DNA of 64,000 nucleotides from Felis catus (GCF_018350175.1 NC_058368.1:56794001-56858000); one strand, 5' to 3'; shown: positions 27,437 through 39,778, counted from the first letter of the stretch. A program made the numbers and translations. The notes: generated by a model not told the origin, from the letters alone.

Positions 27437-27437
27437 C
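27400..27437. repeat. (TG)n(CG)n microsatellite
   Basis: Direct read. Confidence 0.95.
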
Positions 27438-28828
27438 TATGGGTACATGCAAAAGATACTTAAATAACAAAACAAGGAAAGAAAAGAGACTTGATTAAGT
27501 GCCATAAAAATTCAGGACAAATCTAAAGTGACATAGAATGAGGTAGTTAATGGAAACTTCCCAGAAGAAGTACAGTTTTAGAATATGGGAAGACATGTCT
27601 TTTAGATGAAATTATGTGCATGAGTAACTATCAGTTCCAGTTTTAATAAAATAGCCATTTTAAAGTGCTATGCATTAGTAGATAATGTGGAAAATAATAT
27701 AGGGGTCCCTCCCTTAATGGTCTTAAATAATAAGTTAAAGATTCCCTGCTCTGGTCTGATGGCATTGAGGGGCAACTACTGATTTTTTTAAGTTTGGAAG
27801 GACATGATAGAATGGTGACTTTAGAACAAAATATACACCTACATCTTTGCCTGCTAGCTGATTCCTATAAGTGGAATCATTTACCTTGCTGCTTTTGGAT
27901 GTCCCTTAACTTCCTTAGAGGTCATGCCCACAGGCCCATATAATTCATCAGATAAGCATTTGAAGGAAAAATATGAGGCAAGGAATGATAAAAGATCTCT
28001 GGAATACTTAAGTTCCTCACTAACATCTTGTCTTACAAAGTGATTAAATATCTCTATCCAATCAAATGTGCTTCTTTTCTCCTTAAAACAGTGTTGTGAA
28101 TCTAGTAAGAAAATTCCTTTGCTTTTGTATGCTTTAGGGCAACCAAGACACATGATTAGGTAGGTGGCCCAGCCTTATGTATTTTATTCCGGGAAGAATA
28201 GGGCTGAGAACCTAGATTTCCTGCTGCAGAAGGTTAAAGGACCCTCTCTGCAGGTGGAAATTAAATGTACTTCTCCAAAGAAGAGGCTCCTGTGAGAATG
28301 TCAGAAATTCTGGCAATAGAACTCAATTCCCACATTCCATTTTCACTTTACAAGGAGGTAGATTCCCTTGGGCCAAGGACAGCATACTGTTCACACTTTA
28401 AAGCTTCCCTCACCATGATTGTAACAGCCAAATATCTTGTAACTGAGCTGTGCATCTAATAGAGCAATGTTTTAAACCAAAAAATTTTTTAAATGTTACT
28501 TTTCAACTTATACTAGTTTTTTATCCCCCCAAAACCATTAGATTCTATTGTAAACACAGTCCAGGTAATAATAATTGCTCTGATACTTCTGAAAAGACTT
28601 TTATTTTTCTTAAACATCACTACCATCTCCAAATACTCTGTGGAGAAAAACAAAACATCTTAAAGGCGTTTCATGTTATCTTCAATTTTTTATGGAACAA
28701 GAAATATTTTTAGATATTATTTGTTCATTCTTCCTAAATTATAAATTCACCAAAACATAATTTATTGTAGTCCTACCATTGAGTATTTTGGGGAGAAATT
28801 CAATTAAACACTTGGTAAGTTTCCTTTT

Positions 28829-29080
28829 TTCCTTCGTTATTGAAATAATATCAATATACAGTATTTACTAATTTCAAGTGTACATCATTGTGACTCAATA
28901 TTTTTATACTGCACACTTTTTCCACAGAATCAGAACAAAGAACCCTAAAATTTGTATGGAAACACAAAAACCCCAAAATAGCAAAAACAATCTTGAGAAA
29001 GAAAAAACAATGCTGGAGGTATCACACTCCCTTATTTCAAACTATACTAGAAAGCTGTAGTAATCAAAACAGTATGGTAT
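28829..29080. mobile_element. Short 5'-inverted L1 insertion (minus-strand 3' end plus plus-strand ORF2 piece)
   Basis: 28838-28915 is an antisense L1 3' terminus; 28916-29085 is sense ORF2 (ctaaaatttgtatggaaacacaaaa..aaactatactagaaagctgtagtaatcaaaacagtatgg); near-identical flanks. Confidence 0.85.
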
Positions 29081-29271
29081 TGGTAATTTTTCTTTTGATG
29101 ATTTTCTGATTTTCCTCCTTTTAATAACTTAAAAATAAATTCAGAATGTTAAAACTGGATTTGGAAAGATCACCTTTGATTGATTAGCATATAGAAAGAT
29201 ATGAAATATTTTCATTCCCTCTGTAATAATAAATCATCGGATTAATTTTTAAAAATCGTATTTTCCTTTTA

Positions 29272-29481
29272 AATAATTTTCTTTACTGTTTATTTATTTT
29301 TGGAAGATAGAGAGACAGAGTGGGGTAGGGGCATAGAGAGAGGGAGACACAGAATCCGAAGCAGGCTTCAGGCTCTGAGCTGTCAGCACAGAGCCTGTCA
29401 TGGGACTTGAACCCACAAAGCATGGGATCATGACCTGGGCCAAAGTCAGACACTCAACTGACTGAGCTACCCAGGTGCCCC
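29272..29481 (-). mobile_element. CanSINE
   Basis: TSD gtattttccttttaaa on both sides. Confidence 0.95.
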
Positions 29482-29984
29482 TGTATTTTCCTTTTAAACC
29501 ATCAACAACACCAGATGCAAGGAAATATAAGAGAAATAAACTCAAGTTGATGCACACTTCGTAGATTAAACAGGAGATAGATTTTCTATTCCTGAAGCCA
29601 TGTGGGATCTGAGCTATCAAATAAGCAAGCCTAGCATAAAAATGGCAGTATATGTTAACAGGATAAGAATTAGCCAAACTTTTGATAATTGAATGGGCTG
29701 ACATTGCCGTATTAGATTCTGGAGAACCACAGTGGATACATTATACTCTTGATATAGAGCAATTCTCCCTAACAACCATTGAGTAAGGAGAGTTTGGGAG
29801 CTCAACTGGAAAGCAGAAGGAAGTTTTTGCTATATAAGGAGATTATTTACATATAACATATATGCCCCGCATGTATAATATTTTTTTCAGGACCTTGTTA
29901 CCAGGTTGTACTGTTGGGCTACAATGTGGGAAGTTGTTCTACATTTATAATTCTCTAGGTATTTGCAGAAAATTGAGGGGTTTT

Positions 29985-30330
29985 TTTTGTTTTGTTTTTT
30001 AATTTAATCTGAAAGTTTATGCCTCTTAATCCCCTTCACCTATTTTGCTCATCCCACCACCTTCCTTCCCTCTGGCAATCACCAATTTGTTCTCTGCATA
30101 AGAGTCTGTTTGTTTTGCTTGTTTTTTGTTTGTTTTGTTCATTTGTTTTGTTTTTCAGATTACACATATAGGTTAAATTATATGGTATTTATAATTTCTT
30201 TGACTTATTTTATTTAGCATAATAACCTCTGGTTTCATCTGTGTTCTCTCAAATGGCAAGATTTCGCTTTTTTAAGGCTGAGTAATATTCCATCATATAA
30301 TTGTGCACACACTACATTTTCTCCATCCTT
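29985..30330 (-). mobile_element. L1 3'UTR fragment
   Basis: tgaaagtttatgcctcttaatccccttcacctatttt..ctctggcaatcacc..aaatggcaagatttc..ggctgagtaatattccat. Confidence 0.85.
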
Positions 30331-31499
30331 TAAAACAAAAACATTTCAATGGGTTCACTAGAGATGTGTCTAGAGTACTTATTTTGGAATAATTATAATT
30401 AAAGATTCTAATTGCTTCAACAGATCTAGGATTGTTAATATTTTTCATCTGAAGTTTTGGTTTAGTCTTTTCCAAAATAATTCATGGGAAACCATCATAA
30501 AACTGCTAACAAAATGAAAGGCAACCTACAGAATATATACAATATATGCAAATATTCACTCATTATGTTGTTTATCTAATATAATCAAAATAGTATAATT
30601 TTACATGTCAATTATATCTCAATAAAAAATGAACAAATTACACAAGTTAAAAAGTAAATAATGTTGATAGAGTTGAATATATATTAATTTTTAAACCTTA
30701 TTAGATAAAACAGTAAACAAAGAAAAATGATATACTTGAAAAATAATCACAATATGGATTAACATTCATGATGTATGCATTTTTAAAAAGCTATTATAAT
30801 TGCACATGTGAAGAGATAAGAGTGGCTTAGCCTCAGATGCTTGCATTGAAGGCAGTTAAAGTGATCACATTTTGGACATACCACCTTCCTTACCTCTCAA
30901 CGGTTTAATTAACATCATTTTGCCATACTTTCTCATGAAAAATTATGACATTCGCCAGATAATAGCACCAGAGGTGGGATTAACAATGACATGTCACTCA
31001 AAAATACGCTAATAACACATCCTTTTTGGTCTACGTTCATAGAAAAGGATATTAAATGTCTTTACACTAATTCAAGAGAAAATTCACTTTGAGTTCACTT
31101 TGTTTTCCCCTGCTGTAGCTTTCCAAAATTAATAAATGTACTTTCACGAAAGGGACTTCTCAGTGAATAACGCTGATATATTTTCATGATGGTTACCAGT
31201 GGAGAAAGTGTATCCCATGCATCTTACTTAAATCTAACAATGCTGCAAGGCAGACAGGCTAAATATTATTATCACCATGCAGCTAATGGGGAAAGTGACA
31301 GCAAGACATATTATTTATAGGCCATTTATTTTCTAACCATAGCTCTAAGTTATATTGAGAGTTACGATTTAAAAACAAAATAAAAAAAAATGGTCCCTGT
31401 TTTCCAGGGAGATCATTGAAAATGCCATCAACAGGAATTTAAATGCATCTGAGAAGTATGGAATAACTCAGAAAGGCTCGTTAGTGGATCCGTTAAATA

Positions 31500-32300
31500 G
31501 TAAATGGATCTAGGCCAAAGTGAGAAAAGTAGAAATCGAGAAATAAGAAGGGCTTTTAGCAATAGCAATAATTTACACAAAAGTCTTGAAACATGATGTC
31601 AGAATTTACTCTATAAATGAAGAAATCAGTATAATGATCATAGACATGTGATAGAACTGAAGAGGTTCAATTGTAAATATGCTGAAAGCCTTTCTTCAAA
31701 TGTATAGAGTACAATTGGAGGCTTTTGGGCAGTAGCTTAACAAGGTCAGAATAAGAATTTTAAAGATCATTCTGGTAAGTAAGGTGTAAATTTCAATGGA
31801 CTAGCAAAAAATTGGAGATTAGGAGGGAAATAGGAGATTCACAACAATCCAGACAACACATATGAGGACCTGAATAGACATTGGCACTGGGAATTTGAAG
31901 GTGATGGCTGACACTAAAAGGTATTACCAAAGCAGGAAGTTAGGATTTCCTCCATGCTTGCAAAAGAGGATGTACAAGGGGACATTGTGGTTACAGGGGA
32001 ACTGATGAAGAGAAGTAGAAGAGGAAGTCAGGTCATTGGAGGGGAAAGGATTTCATGGGATTATGAGGGTTTTAGGTTTGACTTTGTTAAACAGAAGACT
32101 CTGGAGGTCTTGATTTAAAAAGGAACACAATTTGTTTTATGTTAAAATCACTTTGGCTGGCTACTAAGTTGAGAATGGACCATGGAAGATAGAAGTAGAA
32201 GCAGGGGGACATAATTATGATGGATAGTAATTCAGGTGAGAGAGAATAGTGGCTAAAACCTGACAGTAGCAGTGCAGAGAGAGGGGGTTGAATTCAAAAA
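31500..32300 (-). mobile_element. L2 remnants
   Basis: Purine-rich degenerate tract with tttaaagatcattctgg, gttaaaatcactttggctg and aattcaggtgagagagaatagtggct motifs. Confidence 0.55.
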
Positions 32301-32811
32301 TGGTTTTCCCTTCTATTCCATCTTTTAATCACGTAATGAACCTACATGATCAGATTCTAAACAGAAATTCTTCCTGAAAAGATCCTGTGAAATGTATATT
32401 CAAGGTTTCCAACCCTTATGATATAGGAAAGGATAACTAAAGAGGAAAATAATACAATCACTAATTCTCTTGACTATTAGCCCACATGGTGTAATAACAG
32501 AAACTCTCACACTTTTTTTGTGCATTATAATGTACATTTTTGGAAATTGTATCCTAAGGAAGAGATAAATCCTAATCTTTACTACTTTGGAAAGTAACAA
32601 AATAAAGTTTTAATAATGGAAAACTTTAAACTATTTTAGAAAAGTGTAATATAGTAAGTTTTTTTTAATATTACAAATATATTTCAACTTTGGTTTTTAA
32701 ATCTACTTTGAGATTTGAATTGATTATTGCAATGTCTTTTTAAGATACTGTAGAGTTCTTAGTGATTTCTATATCTGTTGTATAGAATTCATATCTGTTG
32801 TATCCATATCT

Positions 32812-33033
32812 TATTATTTATTTATTTTTAAAGTTTATTTATTTGGAGAGAGGGAGAAAGAGAGAGCACACGAAAGAGGGAGGGGTAGAGAGAGATGGAG
32901 AGAGAGAATCCCTAGCAAGCTCTGCACTGTCAGAGCAGAGCTCCACACAGGGCTCGATCTCACAAACACTGAGATCATGACCTCAGCCCAAACCAAGAGT
33001 GGGATTCTTAACCAACTGAGCCACCCAGGCACC
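32812..33033 (-). mobile_element. CanSINE
   Basis: Antisense SINE ending gagccacccaggcaccc. Confidence 0.93.
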
Positions 33034-35289
33034 CTAATAATAAAAGAAATATTAAGATACTTAGATTGCATTTGAAACTTTCATTACACTTTGTTACATT
33101 ATCTTATTATCACGCTCTTTCAGCTATTAAATTTCAGATGGAGGGTAAATATTTTGTTTGACAGTATGTCACATAGTTTCTCTGAAACCTTAGAAAAAGT
33201 AGATTTCAAGTTGACAAAATTACTTCAAAAATGACTTCTAAGTCTGTGTATATGTGATTTTCCTTTCTTATAAGCAGTTAAAACAAAGAAGAAAGTGCTT
33301 TTCTGTTCATTATTTTCATGATGTGCATGACAGATATTTTAAAATATCCTTCTTTCAATTTGAAGTAGTAATAATGTAGAAAAGAATAGTACTGTTTATA
33401 TTGCTCAACCAAAAATGGGTACTAGTAATTTGATTGACTATCAAACCATTGGTCAAGTGCTGAAAGGATAAAGATTAGTGAAAGCTTTAGAATTGTGTAG
33501 AAGATTTCCATTTTTATTAGTATCAAATGTGCCAAACTGTATGATGAATTTGGCAAATATAATGAGTTCAAATAGACAGCCGGTGATTCGGAGGGCACGA
33601 TGCATCTGCTCTTACAGCAACATTTTAATCCCTACATTATCCATCTAAAATTCTAACGGAACTTTAAAGTATATACTAATGGCTATAAGCCATACCATGC
33701 ATATTAGGATGTGAAATCAAACCTGGTCCACAGGAAAAATTCCTTTCATATCACAACTACTTCTATAAAACAACTGCTATATCTTAACTAAATGACATAA
33801 AGGGGGTAAAGTAAGTAAGCTTTCAGTTACCATCCAGCCCCGTGGCACAACCTATGTTAAAACTTCTTCTTATAAGAGCTTATTTAACAGGGTATTATAT
33901 TTGCCATCAACCATGCATGTATTTAAAGTTCAACGTGACATAAAGAGTATGACATAGATCACAAATTGCCCAAAGACTTGTCAATGTATATAAAATATTT
34001 AGTTTCTATAGATTGTTATTTAAAAATATTTATGATTAAAACTATTTATGATTAATCTCCAAATAGGAAGTATATTGAGTTTGCAGGTGAGAAAAATAAT
34101 TTATTTCTTTAGGATTTGAATATGGTTTCCTGGAGCATGTTAAATATGGTTGGTGCTAAAAAGGAGGCATCAGGTAATTTTGAGAAAAGTGGTTGAAGTA
34201 TTGTTAATAAAGACCCAGACCCACATAACAATTTAGTAGATATGTTTAAGTGAGGAGCTGGCAGAAGAAAACTTTGTGTCATACCCATGTGATTAGGGAT
34301 CACACTAAGGGATGTAAAGTCCAGTTGCCTGAATTTAAAACTTGAACATCTTCAAACTGTGTAAGCTTGAAAGAAACCAATTGTTCTTCACTTGAAAAAT
34401 AGAGGAAAATGTATCTAAAAGATTCTCATAAGAAAGAAGTGAATTTAAAATTCCAACTTTGAAGAATAGGTAGAGTTTCATTTTCTTTCTCCTCAATTAT
34501 TTTTGAAATAATTCTAAATTGAGATGCAATCCATACCCTATAAAATTCACTCTTTAAAAGTGTACATTCAGTTGTGGTTTTTTGATTGTTTCGTCTTGCT
34601 AAAATATCACACAGTTGTGATATTGCTGTGATCACTGCTGTGATCACTGTTGTGATCACTGCTACCTAATTCCAAAATATCTTTATTATCCTGCCTTTAT
34701 TACCCATTAGCAGTTGCCCAGTTCACTCTTTCCATGTTCCCTGGCAACCACTAACCTACTTTCTGTCTCTATGGAATTGCCTATTCTTTATGTTCCCTGT
34801 AAACAGAATAATACAATATGTGGTCATTTGTTTCTGGCTTCTTGAACTTAAAATGTTTAAGGTTACTTTGTGTTGTGAATGTTTCAGATCTTTCTTTCTT
34901 TCTATGTCAGAAAAATATTCCTTTGTATGGATATACTGCATTTTATTTATCCTTTATCAATAGACATTTGAATTGCTTCAAGTTTTTGCCTATGATGATT
35001 AATATGAACATTCTGATATAAATTTTTGTGCAGACACAGGTTTTTGGCATTCTTACGTACATACCTTGGAGTGAAATTGCTGTTTTATGTGGTGAATCTA
35101 TGCTTAACTTTTTGAAAAACTACCAAAGAGTTTTTCAAAATGGCTGCTTCATTGTACACTCTTATCAGCAATTCATGACGGTTCTAATTGTTTGACAATC
35201 TTGCCACATCTATTAATGCCTGATGTTATGATTATAGCCATCTGGTGAGTGTGAAATAATAAATGATATCTCATTTGGGGGCAGGGGTT

Positions 35290-35845
35290 GTGCTATATAT
35301 ATATATTCGTAATAAATATTATAATATACATTATATATTTTATATATTTATTATATATTATTATATATTTTGAATATATATTTAGGATATATAGTCATAA
35401 TATATGCATATTTATCATATGTATTTAGAATATATACATATTTATGATATATAAATGTTTACATATATTTGTCATTTTAAACATTTTTATACTATTTAGT
35501 AGTTTTAATTATAAACACAATGTTGCCTCACCATCACCATTATCTATTTTCAAAATTTTTTTATCACCCCAAAGGGAATCTTAGTATCCCTTAAAAAATA
35601 ACTCCTCATTCTCCTCTCCTCCCTGTCTCTATGAATTTGCCTATTTTCTAGATGTTTCGTATAACTGAAACCATATTTTATTTGTCCTTATGTGTATGAC
35701 TTGTTTTGCTAAGCATAATGTTTTCAAGGTTCATCCATGTTTTTAGCATGTATCAGAACTTCATTTCTTTTTTTGGCTGAATAATATTCCATTGGCAGTA
35801 TATACTATATTTTGTTTCTACTTTCATCTGTTATTGGACACTCGG
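35290..35845 (-). mobile_element. Second L1 3' end with AT-rich decayed tail, nested in the host L1
   Basis: A second copy of 3'-terminal motifs (ctgtctctatgaatttgcctattt, ttcaaggttcatccatg); the host resumes at ctcattgtggtttt. Confidence 0.75.
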
Positions 35846-36006
35846 GCTATCCTCATTGTGGTTTTTACATTTACCTGATGACTACTGGTGTTGAGCATCT
35901 TTTCTGTGGTTATTGGTCATGTGTACAACGTCTCTGGAAAATATTCAGATGTCTTTCCCTCTTTTTAATTGAGTCATTTCTTATTGTTGATTTTCAAGTA
36001 TTCTTT

Positions 36007-36230
36007 TTTTTTTTTTAATTTTTTTCAACGTTTTTTATTTATTTCTGGGACAGAGAGAAACAGAGCATGAACGGGGGAGGGGCAGAGAGAGAGGGAGACA
36101 CAGCATCGGAAACAGGCTCCAGGCTCTGAGCCATCAGCCCAGAGCCTGACGCGGGGCTCGAACTCACGGACCGCGAGATCGTGACCTGGCTGAAGTCGGA
36201 CGCTTAACCGACTGCGCCACCCAGGCGCCC
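36007..36230 (-). mobile_element. Young Felis-type CanSINE
   Basis: Nearly all CpGs intact; perfect TSD attttcaagtattcttt at 35990-36006 and 36232-36248. Confidence 0.97.
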
Positions 36231-36762
36231 AATTTTCAAGTATTCTTTATGTATTCTGGATCTAGTCTCTTATCAGATATATAATTTGTAAATATTTGCT
36301 CTCATTATATGGGTTGTTTTAAAGTATCCTTTAAAGCATAAACATTTTTAATTTTGATGAAGTCGAGTTTATCTATTTTTTTATTTTATTAGTTGTGTTT
36401 TGAAACCGTTACCAAATCTAAGTTCACAAAGATTTATGCCCATGTTTTGTTGTAAGATATTTATAGTCTTAGCTCTTACATTAGGTCTTTGGTCAATTTT
36501 GTGTTATTTTGTATATGGTGTGAGATCTGGATGCAACTTTATTCCTTTGCATGTGGATATCCAGTAGTTCCAGTACCATTTGTTGAAAAGGCTATTCTTA
36601 TCTCATTGGATTCTCTTGGAACATTTGGAAAGCATCAGTTGACCACAGATAGTAGAGTTTATTATCAACTCACAGTTCTAATCCATTGACTGTTAATCCG
36701 TCCTTCTAATAGTACCCACCTGTATTGATTACTCTAGCTTTGTAGTAAATTTTGAAATTAGA

Positions 36763-36990
36763 GGGGCGCCTGGGTGGCTCAGTTGGTTAAGCGTCCAACT
36801 TCAGCTCAGGTCATGATCTCAACGTTTTGTGAGCTTGAGCCCCGCGTCTGGCTCTGTGCTGACAGTTCAGAGCCTGAAGCCTGCTTTAGATTCTATGTCT
36901 CTCTCTCCCTCTGCCCCTCTCCCACTCATGCTGTCTCTCTCTCTCTCTCTCACTCAAAAATAAATAAACATTAAAACAAAATTTAAAAAA
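36763..36990 (+). mobile_element. CanSINE
   Basis: TSD gaaattaga. Confidence 0.95.
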
Positions 36991-37397
36991 AGAAATTAGA
37001 AAGTGTGAGTCCTATTACCCATTTTTTTTTCTTTTAAAATTGTTTTGGCTATTATAATAGTCAAAACTATTCGAGTGTTTTTCATTTCCATATGAATTTT
37101 AAGATAAACTTGTCAATTTCTGCAAAGAAAGCATTTGAAATTTTGGTAAGGATTTCACTGAATCTGTAAGTCAATTTGCAAAGTATTACTGTCTGAACAA
37201 TATTAAGTATCTATTTCATAAACATGGAATGTCTTTCCATGTATTTAAAAATTTTTTTTAATTTTTTTAAGCAGTATTTTGTAGTATTGAGTATATACAT
37301 CTTACAGTTATAAAGTTTATTTCCAAGTGTTATTCATTTTTATTCTGTTGTAAATGGGATTGCTTGCTTAATTTCAGTTTCAGACTGCTCATTGTTA

Positions 37398-37620
37398 GGG
37401 GCACCTGGGTGGCTCCATTGGTTAAGTGTCTGACTTCGGCTCAGGTTATGATCTCACAATTTGTGAGTTCAAGCCCCTCATTGGGCTCTGTACTGACAGC
37501 TTGGAGCCTGGAGCCTACTTCAGATTCTGTGTCTTCCCCTCTCTCTACCCCTCCCCTGCTCACACTCTATGCCTCTCTGTCTCTCAATAATAAATAAACG
37601 TTAAAAATTTTTGAGAAAAA
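37398..37620 (+). mobile_element. CanSINE
   Basis: TSD agactgctcattgttag / agattgctaattgctag. Confidence 0.95.
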
Positions 37621-38639
37621 AGATTGCTAATTGCTAGCATGTAGATTTTCAATTCATTTTTGTGTACTGATCTTTTCTAAACTTTCTATACTCATTTATT
37701 GGCTGTAATTATATACCTGTGTGTTTTGATTCCTTAGGATTTTTGATATACAGAATTATGTCAACTGCAAATAAAGATAATTTTATCCTTTTCAATCCTA
37801 ATGTCAATTATTTTTATTACTTGACTAATTGCTTTGGTTAAAACCTCCAGTTCAATGTTGAATGAAAGTAGTGAGAGTAGACATCCTTGCATTTTTTTAA
37901 TCTTAGGAAACACTTTTTTTGTTTTTGTTGTTGTGATTGTTGTTGTTGATCTTATAGACTGAACTATGGAATGTGTGAATGAGCTGGGGGACTGGTCAGG
38001 GAAGCCAGGAATGGCTTCAGCTGATTAGTATCCACTGTTGCAAGAATACTGTCACTCAGAGGTCAGCGTGGCTAATAGGATTGGTGATGGTAGCCTGAAA
38101 CTGGCTTTAAAAAATATACATCAAAAGGACTATACTAAATTTTTAACATTTCCAAAAGTCATCTTCAGAATTTAAAACAAAGTTGTCCTAACCTAAACTA
38201 TAAAGTTTATATTGATGCTTGGTTTCATGCACTTTCTCAGATGTTTCTTTTAGGAATTTTGTTCCTGCCTTCCTGGCTTTTCATATAGCTGTAAGTGCTT
38301 GCTTTCTTATCCTCTCACAAGTTTTCAGAAACATTTCCATCCCTATTTAAAACACTTCCACAGTTGACTTCTTTAACAAATGCCAAGCATTGATATCTAA
38401 CTTGTTTTCATACTTAGCACATGAAAAAGTTAGCCTACTGCCTTGAAATGCAGTTTAAGTCATACTTCCAGAGACATTTCATTTATTAAACTTTTATCAA
38501 GCACTTTTATGTGCCTATCATTGTCCTAATACTCTTTGTATTTACTTGAGCCCAAGTTTATATAGTTCCAGGAAAAACTTTCTGTCTCTACTTCAAGAAG
38601 ACAGAAGTAATTCCAATTTGTGTTTCTTTGTTGGTAGTT

Positions 38640-39025
38640 AAATTTTTATTGAGCTATAATTTGTATATAAAATTGTTTTAGTTTTCAGTGTACACCATAA
38701 TAATTTCATACACTTATATATTGGAAAATAATGACCACAATTGTAGTTAACCATCATCAAACATAGCTAGAATTTATTTTCTTGTTACGAGAACTTTAAA
38801 GATCTACTCTCTTAGCAACGTTCAAATATGCAATACAGTAATGTTAACCACAGTCACCATACTATACATTACATCCCCAGGACTTGTCTTCTTATAACGA
38901 ATTTTGTACCTTTGACCACCTCCTCACCCCCAACCTCTTGCTTCTGGCAACCATCAATATGTTTTTCGTGTTTATGACTTCAGTTTTTGTTGTTGTTGTT
39001 GTTGTTGTTGTTGAGGTTTATATAA
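38640..39025 (-). mobile_element. 5'-truncated L1 3' end (L1MA9/L1_Carn-like)
   Basis: gagaactttaaagatctactctcttagcaac..tacattacatccccaggactt..ctggcaaccatcaat; antisense AATAAA at 38645-38650. Confidence 0.9.
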
Positions 39026-39680
39026 TTTCACCATCAGTGTCATGCTAACCATGTTTTTCATAGATGCCCTTCATTGAGTTGAAGGAGTTCCCTTCTATTC
39101 TTTGTTGAGTGTTTTCATCCTGAAATGGTGTTGGATTTTGCAAAATGCTTTTTCTGCGTCTATTGAAATGATCTTGTATTATGTATTAGTTTCCTTGACT
39201 TCTGTATGTTCAACCAATCTCACATTGTTGTGATAAATCCCACTTGGTCAGAATTTGTAATCCTTTTTATATATTGCTGTATTCAAATCACTGTATTTTG
39301 CCACCTAGTTTTGTATCTACATTCATGAAGGATATTAGTCTGTACGTTTGTTTTCTTGTGATATCCTTGTCTGGTTTTGTTATAGGTTAATAGTGTTTTA
39401 ACAGAATGAATTCGAAAGTATTCTTTTCTCTTTAATATGTTTTGGAAAACATTTGTGAAAGATTGTTGCAATTCTTGAAACATTAGGGAGAATTCAACAG
39501 TAAAGCCATCTGGTGTGGGCTTTTCTTTGTGGGATTTTTTTTGATTGCTGTTTCAATCTCTACTTGTTATGTGTCTAATCAGTCTTCTATTTTTTTTTTT
39601 TGCTAGTTTCAGTAGTTTCTGGCTTTTCCTTAAATTTTATTTAAAATACTCCATATCCATTTACATGAAAAAAGAGCATA

Positions 39681-39731
39681 AATATATATATAGATCAAGA
39701 GGCTCTAGATTTGTAACTTGTCTTGTATCTG

Positions 39732-39778
<47 letters not shown>

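Larger units (their letters stand above)
34495..39620 (-). mobile_element. Long old L1 (L1MB-like; 3' end through ORF2 RT) hosting multiple nested insertions
   Basis: Colinear antisense L1 pieces at 34495-35275, 35848-37913 and 39026-39620 (e.g. aaatgctttttctgcgtctattgaaatgat, antisense of ISIDAEKAF). Confidence 0.88.

Noticed and set aside
27881..28153. 90-aa minus ORF ending at AAG|GTAAAT
   Set aside because: No recognisable homology and no convincing acceptor.
30964..30979. CTCF-like GCACCAGAGGTGGG
   Set aside because: It mismatches the key GGC positions of the core motif.
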